Of a stretch of 64,000 bases of DNA, positions 11,185-21,155 are shown one piece after another (the stretch's first letter is position 1; every line of letters starts with the position of its first letter). The position numbers and the translations under genes are program-made. Source of the stretch: an uncultured Gemmatimonadales bacterium (GTDB lineage Bacteria > Gemmatimonadota > Gemmatimonadetes > Gemmatimonadales > GWC2-71-9); NCBI GenBank assembly GCA_963739455.1, contig CAVUAK010000001.1:1152001-1216000 (forward strand). The letters are read 5' to 3'. A model generated the notes under the pieces. The model was not told the origin of the DNA and did no database searches. It saw only the letters and a program-made list of their open reading frames with translations.

Positions 11185-11209
11185 CGCGAAGACTGGTGAA
11201 CCGCCTGGC

Positions 11210-11722
11210 TCAGCCTTCGGCGCCGCTCGCGAACGGGTGACGGGCCGCCTTGTACTTGGCAAGCACGTCATCCAGCGTCGGCTGGCCCTTCAGCGCGCGG
11301 GAGATGGACTCCTTCGTCGCCTTGTAGTTGAAGTCGTAGATCTTCTTGTCGTCGGCCGCCTGCCAGTGGATGAACACGCCCACGAGCACGACGTAGTCGT
11401 TTGCCTTGTCCTTCGGGATCGTGCCATCGGCGACGCTGTCCATGACGGCGCGCGCCACGGCGGCCTGGGCCGGGCCAAACATCTGGACGGCCTGCTTGGC
11501 GCCCTTGATGGTGACCTTGTTGAAGAGCAGCGTGTCCGGCTTGCACGCCAGGTTCGGCGTCACGACCGCGAGGAGCGTGGTGAAGCCATCGGAATTGCGC
11601 GACAGGGCCTGGGTGAAGGCCGCACCAGCGTGTCCGCTCTTGGAGCCGATGATGAGATCGATATGCGCGATCTCGTTGCCATCACCGACCAGCGATTCGC
11701 CGATGAAAAAATCCGCAGCCAT
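11210..11722 (-). CDS. fae: Formaldehyde-activating enzyme
   Basis: [72 protein letters not shown]. Confidence 0.97.
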   Translation of the reverse strand: MAADFFIGESLVGDGNEIAHIDLIIGSKSGHAGAAFTQALSRNSDGFTTLLAVVTPNLACKPDTLLFNKVTIKGAKQAVQMFGPAQAAVARAVMDSVADGTIPKDKANDYVVLVGVFIHWQAADDKKIYDFNYKATKESISRALKGQPTLDDVLAKYKAARHPFASGAEG

Positions 11723-11867
11723 GGAAAGCCTCCGTTTACGGTTGGTCGAGCCCAGGGAACCGGGGAACTGCCTTCAACATCGAGGTTGCAACAAAACCGG
11801 GGAGCAGCTGACGGCCTCATCGGCCGGGGGCGGTCCCGCCGCAGCGGGTAGCTCTTCGAGGATGCCT

Positions 11868-11896
11868 AGTATGGAAGCCACACATGAGGGTGTCAA
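11868..11896 (-). promoter_or_regulatory. Sigma70-type promoter of the fae/H4MPT operon
   Basis: TTGACA-N17-CATACT on the minus strand, about 145 nt upstream of the fae ATG. Confidence 0.7.
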
Positions 11897-12218
11897 GCCG
11901 GGATCCGGGGAAGGTGACCGAGCGTGACCTCCGTGTGATCCCCGAGTGCCGGGAATTGTCCTCGCTGTCCTCCCTCCCGGACGTCTTTCCGATGGTCGAA
12001 AAGCCTAAGCGACTTCCAATCATGATGTTACGACGTGGCACGGCGCTGGCCACTTCAGCGGTCCGTTGTCCCCCTGAGTACGCAAACGATTGTGAGGTTG
12101 GGCGGTACAACGAGAAGAAGCTGATTGTCGCGGTCAACACGACGCAGATCACAATTCTGGAAAAAGGGTCGACTGACCTTCCCTGCACCTCCCCGGTGCT
12201 GGATCATCCCGATCCGGG

Positions 12219-13001
12219 TCAGTCTCCTCTCTTCAAGTGCCCCTGCCTCCCCGGTGGGGGCGCTTGGCTATCCCCGTCGCGGAGCGACACGCCGCAGTGC
12301 GTCCGCAGCACCGCCTCCACGAACCATTCCCAGCCGGCATACTCGCGATACTGATCCGACGTCACTCCCGCCAGCTCCTTCAGTCGCCGCCGGAGAGTCC
12401 ACAAGTCGAGTCCCATGCGCTCGGCGGCCTGTGCGCTGGTCATGCGCAGGTTGCCGGCACCGGTGGCGAGGTGGAACACGTCCCGCCATGCGGAGGCATC
12501 GAGGTCGCCCAGCGAATTGAGACGGCCGGCAAGCCAGCGCACGCCGAAGGCCACTCGTGCCAGGCCGCGCGTCGGCGCTGACATTGCGATGGTCATCGGC
12601 ATGGCGATGGACGGTCTCCGGAGCCGTGCCGCCACATAGGCTGCCACGAGCTCAGGATCGGCCGACCGGCGACTGCACACGGCGTGCTGCGCCATCGACG
12701 GAAGCGAGAGGCCGTCCTCGGGGCGGCGCACGAGGAAGGCCGGTGTGCCCGGCACGCCATCGAGTTCGCGAAGGACGTCCGGGTCGCTCGCCGACGCGCG
12801 CGTGACCACGAGCAGCGGCGCCCACGGCGCGCCGCGCAGCGTGCTGCTCACGCCCCGGATCAGGCTGGCGTCCTTGTCGACGTCGAGGATGAAGATGCTC
12901 CCGAGGGGCAGCACACCGGGCACGAGCGCGAGCGCCGTGTAGGGCGGCATCGCGACCCGCAGCGGCGGGTCAATCTCGGCAGGGACCGGTGGCGTAATCA
13001 T
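12219..13001 (-). CDS. Putative transcriptional regulator with C-terminal HTH; start uncertain
   Basis: C-terminal AQAAERMGLDLWTLRRRLKELAGVT..QYR resembles an AraC-like HTH. Lies upstream of fae in the same orientation. Confidence 0.55.
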   Translation of the reverse strand: MITPPVPAEIDPPLRVAMPPYTALALVPGVLPLGSIFILDVDKDASLIRGVSSTLRGAPWAPLLVVTRASASDPDVLRELDGVPGTPAFLVRRPEDGLSLPSMAQHAVCSRRSADPELVAAYVAARLRRPSIAMPMTIAMSAPTRGLARVAFGVRWLAGRLNSLGDLDASAWRDVFHLATGAGNLRMTSAQAAERMGLDLWTLRRRLKELAGVTSDQYREYAGWEWFVEAVLRTHCGVSLRDGDSQAPPPGRQGHLKRGD

Positions 13002-13012
13002 GTCGACCTGAC

Positions 13013-13048
13013 AGCATACCCCACCTGTCCCGAATCGGTCAATTGACC
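13013..13048. promoter_or_regulatory. Divergent promoter region with perfect palindrome GGTCAATTGACC (back-to-back TTGACC)
   Basis: 12-bp palindrome at 13037-13048; minus strand reads TTGACC-N18-TATGCT. Confidence 0.4.
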
Positions 13049-13079
13049 TTTTGTTCACCGGCGGCGTTCATTCTCCGCC

Positions 13080-15713
13080 ATGCATCCCGCCCGAGATCAT
13101 CACCTTCCACCAGATCCCGAAGCCTTCCGCCACGCCGCGCATCCGCACGGCCGGGTCATCGTGATCGCGCCCACCCGCGCGGCGTGCGAAACCATCGAGC
13201 TGGCCCTTGGCCTTCACCTGGACACCCTGCTCGAACGGGAGCACGGCGCCGAGCTGCGGGCGTGGGCCTCTGGGGGACAGGGCTTCGGTATCGTGGCGGG
13301 CACCGGCGTCGGCAAGACCCTCGGCATCCGGCCCATCGCGGAGGCAATCCTCAAGGAGCCGCTCCGCGTCGGCGTGGTAAACCGTGAACGGGAAGCCACG
13401 CCGGAAACGCCGTCCTGGAATGTCGTCATCGTCACCACCGGCATTGCGCGCCGCTGGTTCCAGGATGACTTCATTACCGGGCGCGACACGCTCATCGTGG
13501 ACGAGATCCACCAGACCTCGGCCGAGCTGGAGTTGTGCCTCGCGCTCGGCAAGCGGGCGAAGTGCCGCTTCATCTGGCTCAGCGCCACCGTCGATCCGGC
13601 CTACTACTCCCGCTACCTCGAGTCGGCCAACGTCCTGGTGACGCAGGCATTCGACCCGGCGCTGCGGGCGAAGGTCGAGGTGGTTCCCCAGACGACACAG
13701 GAATTCTTCACCGAGAAATACGTGAAGCGGCTCATTCGCGACCGGCGCGGCGTCGCGGTGTTCGTTCCCACGCGCGCGGAGGTGGAACACCTCGCCTCGG
13801 ACATCGGGAGCCAGTGGCCGAAGCTGACGGCGGCCTTCTATCATGGGGGCGAACCGATCCGTGTAGTCCGCCCCTTCCTCGAAGGCGAGGTGGAGCGGCC
13901 GTTCCTCCTGGCGATGACCGCCGCCGGGCAGTCGGCGCTCAACGTGCGCGGCCTCGACACGGTGGTCATCCTCGACGCGCGCTATGCGAACAAGGTGGAT
14001 CGCGGCCGCAACGTGCTCCATCGCCTCTATCTCGGGGCCAACGAGATCCTGCAGATGGCCGGCCGGGTGCATGGGCGCGTGCCCAACGGCGAGGTCACCA
14101 TCCTGAGCGACCGGAAACTCGTGTTCGAGGAGCTGCGCCCAACACCGCCGGAATTCCAGCTGGCGGGCGACGCGGAGCGGGTGGCCATCACCTGTGCGGC
14201 ACTGGGCGTGGACGCCGGGGACCTCGACCTGCCGCAGCCGCTCGACCGCACTGCGTACCGGCGCGCGATGGAGCGCCTGACGTCGCGCGGCCTGGTGGAG
14301 AATGGCCGGCTGACCCGCTATGGACACGAGGTGGAGGCGATGCCGGTGGATCGTCCCTGGGCCGAGCTGCTGGTCCACGCCGATCCAGAACTCACGCCCA
14401 TGGTCGCCGTGTGCTCGAATATCGACTCGCTGCATCGCATGACGCGCGAGGAGCGCGAGCTCCATGGGGCACTGGTGAACGGCAGTGACCACCTCACCGC
14501 GTACAACCTGTTCGCCGAGGCGGTCAACCAGTGTGGCAGCATCGGCGAGGTGTACGGGCTGCCGCGGCATGTGTTCGTGGAGGTAGAGCTGGCCGCCTGG
14601 GCGGAGCGCCGCGGTGTGCTCGTGAAGTCGATCGAGGACACGGCGCTCGGCACGGCATCGGTGTACCGGGCCCTGGAGCAGCCGCTGCCGCGCACCATGC
14701 CGTACGCGTCCAAGGAGATTCGCCGCAAGTGGATCGAGCTCCTCGCGCGGGTGATGCCGTTCGACCTCGTCATCGATGAGCGCACCGCCGACGGCCAGGA
14801 GGCGCGCATCTCGAAAACGTCCGTTGCCGGCAGCTGGGGTGCGGTGACCGGGAACCTCCGGTTCTTTGCCGACCGGTTCGGGACGCCAAGGGCCGGCATC
14901 GAGGGCACGACCATCCCCTACGACGTGGTGAAGGATTTCGCGACCTGGGGCAAGCCGCAGGTGAGCGTCACCGGGCCGCGAAAGCACCAGCACCTCGCCA
15001 CCCACCGCCGGCTCGACTACTTCGGCTTCCACCTCGAGACGGTGGTGGAGGAAATCGAGGGGAACGTGCCACCCGCGCTCCTCGAGCCGGCGCGTGATGC
15101 GCTGGTCTCCGCGCTGATCGAGGGCGAGAGCCCGCACCCCGACCAGGGTCGCATACGGCGCGCGGTGGCAGACCTCGATGAAATGTGGCGCCGGAGCGGT
15201 GGCACGCTCAGCACCATCGCGCCGTCGGCGATTCGTGCCTTGCTCCGGTCCCAGCTCGAGCAGGTGAAAAGCTGGGATGGCTTCCTGCGCCAGCGGGTTG
15301 CGCTCGACCCCGAGGCACTCGTACCCGAGGAGACGCGCACGACCCTGGCTGCGTTGCCCACGTCGGTGCGACTGCATGGCGATGCGGCGCCCCTGCACTA
15401 CGAGATGGAAGAGGGCGTCGGCATCGTGCGCCTGCACCTCCGCGAAGGCCAGGCACGCCGGTTCCAGGATCGGGATCTTCCACCGCTCGACCGGCCGATC
15501 AGGTTCGCGATCGTGCGGGCGCGGCAGGCGCCAGCGCTTGGCGCCACTGTGGCCGAGGCGATGCGCGCGCTCCACCGGAACAGCGACGAGGGTGAGGGAA
15601 GGGACGGGAACCGGGGGCGTCGCGGGGGTGGTGGCGGCGGTCCACGGGGCGGCAAGGCCGGCAAGGGCTTCCGTGGCGGGCGCGACAGCCAGCACTGGCG
15701 AAAGCGCCGCTGA
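13080..15713 (+). CDS. DEAH/RHA (HrpA-like) SF2 RNA helicase with RGG-rich tail
   Basis: AGTGVGKT, DEIH, SAT, VFVPTRAEV, QMAGRVHGR, LTRYG..VEAMPVD (winged helix), SDHLTAYN (HA2-like). Confidence 0.85.
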   Translation: MHPARDHHLPPDPEAFRHAAHPHGRVIVIAPTRAACETIELALGLHLDTLLEREHGAELRAWASGGQGFGIVAGTGVGKTLGIRPIAEAILKEPLRVGVVNREREATPETPSWNVVIVTTGIARRWFQDDFITGRDTLIVDEIHQTSAELELCLALGKRAKCRFIWLSATVDPAYYSRYLESANVLVTQAFDPALRAKVEVVPQTTQEFFTEKYVKRLIRDRRGVAVFVPTRAEVEHLASDIGSQWPKLTAAFYHGGEPIRVVRPFLEGEVERPFLLAMTAAGQSALNVRGLDTVVILDARYANKVDRGRNVLHRLYLGANEILQMAGRVHGRVPNGEVTILSDRKLVFEELRPTPPEFQLAGDAERVAITCAALGVDAGDLDLPQPLDRTAYRRAMERLTSRGLVENGRLTRYGHEVEAMPVDRPWAELLVHADPELTPMVAVCSNIDSLHRMTREERELHGALVNGSDHLTAYNLFAEAVNQCGSIGEVYGLPRHVFVEVELAAWAERRGVLVKSIEDTALGTASVYRALEQPLPRTMPYASKEIRRKWIELLARVMPFDLVIDERTADGQEARISKTSVAGSWGAVTGNLRFFADRFGTPRAGIEGTTIPYDVVKDFATWGKPQVSVTGPRKHQHLATHRRLDYFGFHLETVVEEIEGNVPPALLEPARDALVSALIEGESPHPDQGRIRRAVADLDEMWRRSGGTLSTIAPSAIRALLRSQLEQVKSWDGFLRQRVALDPEALVPEETRTTLAALPTSVRLHGDAAPLHYEMEEGVGIVRLHLREGQARRFQDRDLPPLDRPIRFAIVRARQAPALGATVAEAMRALHRNSDEGEGRDGNRGRRGGGGGGPRGGKAGKGFRGGRDSQHWRKRR

Positions 15714-16630
15714 TGTCGCCTGCAGTTCCACTGACACTGATCGTCGTGCAGGTGTTGTTCGCGAGTCTCGCCATTGCAGGGCGGTACGTCCTGCCGGAAT
15801 TCCCCGCGGGATTGCTGGTGACGGTACGCGTACTGGGCGCCGCCGCCGTGCTGCTGATGGTCAATGCACTGCGGGGCGGGCCGTGGGTGACGAACCGGCG
15901 CGACCTCGTCGATCTCGCGGTGCTGGGGCTGCTGGGGATCGCCGCCAACCAGTCGCTCTTCCTGTTCGGCCTCAAGCACACCACCGCGATCAACGCGACC
16001 ATCCTCGTTACCACCGTCCCGGTGTTCACGGTGTTCGGGTCGGTGCTCCTGGGCCGCGAGCCGGCCTCGGCGTGGAAATTCGCCGGGATCGCGCTCGCCG
16101 CACTGGGAACGGTGTACCTGATCGGTCCCGATCGCATTTCGCTCGCGCCGGATGTGGCACTGGGCAACCTCCTGATCGTCATCGGCATGGTCTGCTACGC
16201 GGCGTACTTCCTCCTGGCCAAGCCGATGATGGCGCGGTACGACTCGATCACGGTCAGCACGTACGTCATGCTCTTTGCAATCGTGGGCGTGCTGCCGCTG
16301 GGGCTCCTGGCATTGAGGGGCTTCGACCTCGGCGGAGTGCGCGCGCCGGTATGGGGCTGGGTGGGCTACATCGTGGTGGGACCCACAATCTTCACGTACC
16401 TCCTCAACATCTGGGCGCTTCGCCGGGCATCATCGAACATGGTGGCGATCTTCATTTACCTGCAGCCGCTGCTCACCGCTGCGGTGGCACCGTTGCTCCT
16501 GCGGGGAGAGTCGATCACGGCGAGGGCAGTGGCTGCTGCCGGCGCCATCTTCGCGGGGTTGGCGACGGTGATCGTGGCGGAACGACGGCAGCAGCGGCAG
16601 TTGCCCGACGATGTGCCGGTTGGCGAGTAG
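15713..16630 (+). CDS. EamA/DMT family transporter
   Basis: About ten hydrophobic segments; GLKHTTAINATIL, GNLLIV, IYLQPL. Confidence 0.88.
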   Translation: MSPAVPLTLIVVQVLFASLAIAGRYVLPEFPAGLLVTVRVLGAAAVLLMVNALRGGPWVTNRRDLVDLAVLGLLGIAANQSLFLFGLKHTTAINATILVTTVPVFTVFGSVLLGREPASAWKFAGIALAALGTVYLIGPDRISLAPDVALGNLLIVIGMVCYAAYFLLAKPMMARYDSITVSTYVMLFAIVGVLPLGLLALRGFDLGGVRAPVWGWVGYIVVGPTIFTYLLNIWALRRASSNMVAIFIYLQPLLTAAVAPLLLRGESITARAVAAAGAIFAGLATVIVAERRQQRQLPDDVPVGE

Positions 16631-16734
16631 TGTTTCCTCCCCGGACTGAGGCGTCCTTGACCAATGGACGGTGCCCGACGACCTTGACCGTCTCGGAATG
16701 AAACCTTTCGGTCCCTTGTCGCGTATCTGCATAT

Positions 16735-17199
16735 ATGACTGAAGGATCCACCACTACCAGCACCCAGCCATCAGTCTTTTCTCCGCTGGCCCGGGCGCTC
16801 CTCGACGGCTTCAGCGAAGGCGTGATCGTGTTCGATGCGCAGGGTCGTGTGATGTACGCCAACCAGCAGGCCCGGGAGGCGTTGCGATCCTTCGACTTGA
16901 GTGCGGATGCCCGGGACCTGTTGCCGCAGCTGTCGGCCATCGGTGGACGGCTCCGCCCGCTCCGCATCGGGCAACTCGAGCTGGGTGAGGCGATGTTCAT
17001 TCCTGGGGTGGCGGGACCGGCGACGTTGGCGGAGCGCGAGAAGGAGGCTATCGTCAAGATGCTGGACGCCAATAGCTGGAAGCTGGCGGACACCGCCCGG
17101 CATCTCGGCATCAGCCGCACGACACTCTGGCGCCGTCTCAAGGCATACGGGCTTCACCGGGACGGCCGGACCAAATGGGCGCATTCCTCGCCACGCTAG
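16735..17199 (+). CDS. PAS-like plus Fis-type HTH protein, lacking a sigma54 AAA domain
   Basis: LLDGFSEGVIVFDAQGRVMYANQ (PAS start); TLAEREKEAI..LDANSW...TARHLGISRTTLWRRLKAYG (Fis HTH). Confidence 0.8.
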   Translation: MTEGSTTTSTQPSVFSPLARALLDGFSEGVIVFDAQGRVMYANQQAREALRSFDLSADARDLLPQLSAIGGRLRPLRIGQLELGEAMFIPGVAGPATLAEREKEAIVKMLDANSWKLADTARHLGISRTTLWRRLKAYGLHRDGRTKWAHSSPR

Positions 17200-19388
17200 T
17201 CGCTGCGACAGTCCTTTCCCCGACATCACGAGACACCGTTACCCCATTCGCCAGCGCCGCTACCCAGGCGCTGGTTGAGCGCGCCATGGTGCGCCAGCGG
17301 GAGCAGGATTCCCTCGTCACCGACTACGCGGCGAACGTGCGATACCGGCTGACGATGTCGATGGGCCGGCGTCGCTGGGGGCGCAGCGTGCCGGCGGCGG
17401 TGGAAGAGCAGGAGGCCCGGGTGACGTGGGCGGCGCCGAACAACCTCCGGGTAGACATCGTCGGGCGCCGAGCCGAGTCGACCAACCAGGAAATCGAGCT
17501 GCGCAGTGTCTGGGATCGACCCTGGTTCGTGGCTCGCGGGCTCACCGACTCGATCCGCCTTTTCAGCGATGACTTTCCCGCCATTGCTCCGCTGCACCCG
17601 CTCGCCCCGAGCGGGCCAGAGTGGTACCGCTACGACCTCGTGGACAGCCTGCAGGTGACGCTGCCCAACGGACGTCGGGTCATGCTGCTGGCGGTGGACG
17701 TCGCGCCCGCCAGGGAGGGCCAGTCGCTCGTGGTGGGAAGGCTCTGGCTCGACGCCGAGACGGCGGAGACAGTGCGCTTCTCGTTCCGCTATGTGGGGAC
17801 ATCCCAGTGGGTGGCCCCGGACGGTGACACGAAGAAGGATTCGTCGAGTTCGCGGCGCGCCAACAAGCTGGTGAGCCGGTTGCTGACGCTCGATGCCGAC
17901 CTGGAGTACTCGCTGCAGGAAGGCCGCTACTGGATGCCGTACCGCCAGGTGCTGTCGGGTCGCGTCAGCATTCCGTTTGCCGGCGACCTGGTGATCCCAT
18001 TCGAGGCGGTCACGACATTCCGGGACTATGAAATCAATACCGGCCGCCAGCCGGTATTCTCCCTTCCGCTCCCCGACTCCACGCTATCGGCGGACAGCCT
18101 CAAGGCGCTGGTGAAGATGCGGCAGGACACCCTCCGCCGGGCGCGGCGCAGTGGTGAAGTGCCCGACAGCATCTGGGCCCGCGACTACGCAGCGGTGTGG
18201 ACAGGCGGTCGCTTCGAGATCCACCGGGCACCGCAGGACTCGCTCGCCCTGTTCAGCGATTGGGGCGACAGCCTGACGCTGGCCCCGAATCCCGATGCCG
18301 CGGCCCAGCAGCGCGAAGTCGAGGGTGAGCTTTCGCGAATGGCGCAGCGCCTGCCATCGGGACTCACCGGCGAGAAGCCGGTCCGCTTCACCTACCAGCG
18401 AACGTCCGATGCGTTCGGGTTCAACCGGGTCCAGGGTTACTCGCTGGGCGCGGGCATCGGGGTGACGCTGCCGTGGTGGGACTTCACGAACCTCTACGGC
18501 ACCGTGCGCTATGGCTTCAGCAACCAGCAGGTGAACGGCCGGCTCGGCGTGGTGCGCAACGGCCCCGGCTGGAAGCTGACGGTGGACGGCTACTACGACA
18601 TCGTGGACCAGGATCCCATCTCGCCGGGTCGCAACCTGGTGAACTCGTTCAACGCGATCTTCACCGCACACGACAATGCCGACTACATGCTGGCCGGTGG
18701 CGGTGCGGCGAACCTCAATGTGCCGCTGAGCGATCGCCTCGACCTCCGCGTGGGCACGAAGGTGGAGTGGCAGGGAACGGTGGAGACCGAGACCGGATCG
18801 GGCGTGAATGACTTCCTCGGCGGGTCGGGCGACATGCCGCCGAACGCCCCGGTGACGGAGGGCACCTTTGCCGGCGGGTCGGTGGCACTGCACCAGGGTG
18901 GAGCGCTGGGGTGGACACTCACGGCCGATGTACTGGGCGGGGCAGGGACGGTGACCGGCCGGGCCTGGGGTGATCTTCGCCTCAGCATGGGCAGTTCCGC
19001 CGGCGCGACGCTGCGGGTGAAGAGTGGTGTGGCCACCAGCCCGGTGCTGCCGCAGATGGAATTCCGCGCCGGCGGCATCAACACCGTGCGCGGATACCAG
19101 TACGGCACCGAACGTGGTGCCTCGTTCTGGGCAGCCCAGGCCGACGTGACACCCTTCGCGGGACCGGTGCGTCCGGTGCTCTTCATCGATGCGGGCTGGG
19201 CCGGGAGTGCAACGAACTACTTCAGTGGATCACCGCTGGTCGGCGCCGGCATCGGGCTCTCGATCTACAGCAAGCTCTTCCGCACCGGCATCATCCGGTT
19301 CGACTTCAGCCGGGCGTTGACGCAGCGCGATACGCCGGGCAACTCCGCATCCTTCCGCTTCGACGTCATCCTGACGGCAGTGCGATGA
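17175..19388 (+). CDS. Outer-membrane protein with Omp85-like C-terminal beta-barrel
   Basis: Signal-like N-terminus, alternating beta strands, GGINTVRGY motif, C-terminal IRFDFS...FRFDVIL. Confidence 0.6.
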   Translation: MGAFLATLVAATVLSPTSRDTVTPFASAATQALVERAMVRQREQDSLVTDYAANVRYRLTMSMGRRRWGRSVPAAVEEQEARVTWAAPNNLRVDIVGRRAESTNQEIELRSVWDRPWFVARGLTDSIRLFSDDFPAIAPLHPLAPSGPEWYRYDLVDSLQVTLPNGRRVMLLAVDVAPAREGQSLVVGRLWLDAETAETVRFSFRYVGTSQWVAPDGDTKKDSSSSRRANKLVSRLLTLDADLEYSLQEGRYWMPYRQVLSGRVSIPFAGDLVIPFEAVTTFRDYEINTGRQPVFSLPLPDSTLSADSLKALVKMRQDTLRRARRSGEVPDSIWARDYAAVWTGGRFEIHRAPQDSLALFSDWGDSLTLAPNPDAAAQQREVEGELSRMAQRLPSGLTGEKPVRFTYQRTSDAFGFNRVQGYSLGAGIGVTLPWWDFTNLYGTVRYGFSNQQVNGRLGVVRNGPGWKLTVDGYYDIVDQDPISPGRNLVNSFNAIFTAHDNADYMLAGGGAANLNVPLSDRLDLRVGTKVEWQGTVETETGSGVNDFLGGSGDMPPNAPVTEGTFAGGSVALHQGGALGWTLTADVLGGAGTVTGRAWGDLRLSMGSSAGATLRVKSGVATSPVLPQMEFRAGGINTVRGYQYGTERGASFWAAQADVTPFAGPVRPVLFIDAGWAGSATNYFSGSPLVGAGIGLSIYSKLFRTGIIRFDFSRALTQRDTPGNSASFRFDVILTAVR

Positions 19389-19930
19389 CCCGGCGCCATG
19401 GCGTGGCGTGGGTGATGGTTGCCGTGCTCGCAGCGGGGTGCCGGACCAGCACTGGGGGGACGCTGCACGCGCGTTGGGCCAGCATCGACACGACGCTGCG
19501 CGGCGGCACACTGTCGGTGCCGCTCAGGGGGACGTGGTGCGAGTCGACGCAGCCGGCTCACGCTGCTCGGCCTGCGGGGCGACACCGGGGTCGGAATCCT
19601 GGTGCGCACCGTGACGCTCGCGCCGGGGCGCATTCGCGGTGTCCGACACCAATGCCAGGCGCGTGCCGGGGGCGTCGTCGCGCTGCGCGTCACCGCTGGT
19701 GACAACCTGTTTGCGCTGAGCAGCGATTCCGGGGCTGGTGGCGATCACGTCGGTGCGGGAGGGGCGGATTGCGGGGCGATTTGTGGCGTGGCTCTCACGG
19801 CCGGCGGCGGGTCCGGTGACTGCTCGTCGGGGATTTCACGGCGGTGATCGGTGGAGCCGGACACGGCGCTCTGCGAGTCCCTTGTCGCGCCAGCCGGCGC
19901 CGCCTGTCCCGCTCGATTCGGGTGTAAATT
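19385..19930 (+). CDS. Hypothetical lipoprotein; frameshifted, end approximate
   Basis: ATGA overlap with the previous stop; VAVLAAGC lipobox-like; coding-like fragments spread over three frames. Confidence 0.4.
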
Positions 19931-19936
19931 ATCCCG

Positions 19937-21152
19937 ATGGACAGCACCTACTACCGGAAGGGGTTCGGCCTCAAGGGCGAGATCGAGGAGCAGCGGAGCG
20001 CGGACTACCACAGCGGCCTGGTGGAGCTGCTCCGCGCCCGAGACTACGCACTCGCCGTCGGGCCGCTCACCTTCCGGCTAGCCCGTGAGTTCGGCTTCTG
20101 CTACGGCGTCGACCGCGCGGTGGACTACGCCTACGAGACCCGCCACAAGTTCCCCGACCGGCGGCTCCTGCTCGTGGGCGAGATCATCCACAATCCGCAC
20201 GTGAACCGGAAGCTCGAGCAGATGGGCATCGAGTTCCTGCATCACGGCGACCGACGGCGAGTTCGACTTCTCCCCGGTGCAGCCGGACGACGTGGTGATC
20301 ATGCCGGCGTTCGGCGTCACGATCCGCGACTTCGAGCGGCTGCGCGCCATCGGTTGCGTCATGGTGGACACGACCTGCGGCTCGGTGCTGAACGTCTGGA
20401 AGCGGGTGGAGGGCTACGCGCGCGACGCCTTCACCGCGGTGATCCACGGCAAGCACTACCACGAGGAGACGAAGGCGACCGCGAGCCAGGTCATGAAGTA
20501 TCCCGGCGGCCGCTACCTGGTGGTGTTCAACATGGAGGAGGCGCGGGTCGTCTGCGACTACATCGAGCAGGGCGGCGATGCGGCGGCGCTGTCGCGCCGT
20601 TTCGAGCAGCGCCATTCGCCCGGCTTCGACTTCACCCGGGACCTCGAGCGGGTGGGCATCGCGAACCAGACCACCATGCTCTCGGGCGAGTCACTGGCGA
20701 TCGCGGAGGAGTTCCGGCGCAGCATGGAGCGGCGCTACGGCACCGCGGCCATCGCCGACCACTTCCGCACCTTCGACACGATCTGCTCCGCCACGCAGGA
20801 GCGGCAGGACGCGGTGGTGACGCTGCTGCAGGAACCGCTCGACGTGATGGTGGTGGTGGGCGGCTACAACTCGAGCAACACGACCCACCTCGCCGCGCTC
20901 GTCGAGTCGCAAGGCGTGCGGGCGTACCACATCGAGGATGCCAATTGCGTGGACCCGGCCGCCGGGACGATCCGGCACCAGCCGGTGGGGCAGAAGCAGG
21001 AGGTCGAGGCGGCGGGCTGGCTGGGCGATTCCCGGCGGATCGGCATCACCGCCGGCGCATCGACGCCCAACAACAAGGTGGGCGAAACGATCGCGCGCAT
21101 CGCGGCGACAGCCGGGCTCGAGCGCGAGCTGGGCGTACTGCTGGCGTCGTAG
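19937..21152 (+). CDS. ispH: 4-hydroxy-3-methylbut-2-enyl diphosphate reductase; frameshift near 20255
   Basis: FGFCYGVDRAV, EIIHNPHV, PAFG, DTTC, HEE, NQTT, TICSATQERQ, GGYNSSNT, ITAGASTP. Confidence 0.95.
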
Positions 21153-21155
21153 CGG

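Noticed and set aside
11730..11860. fae leader as a ZTP or THF riboswitch
   Set aside because: The partial CCGGGGAGC similarity is on the wrong strand, and the other consensus elements were not found.
11817..12354. ORFs 11817..12188 and 11884..12354 as genes
   Set aside because: Atypical codon usage, no motifs, and they overlap the fae promoter or the regulator gene.
13068..15737. 889-aa antisense ORF opposite the helicase, and similar long shadow ORFs elsewhere
   Set aside because: Expected from high-GC codon bias; no recognisable motifs.
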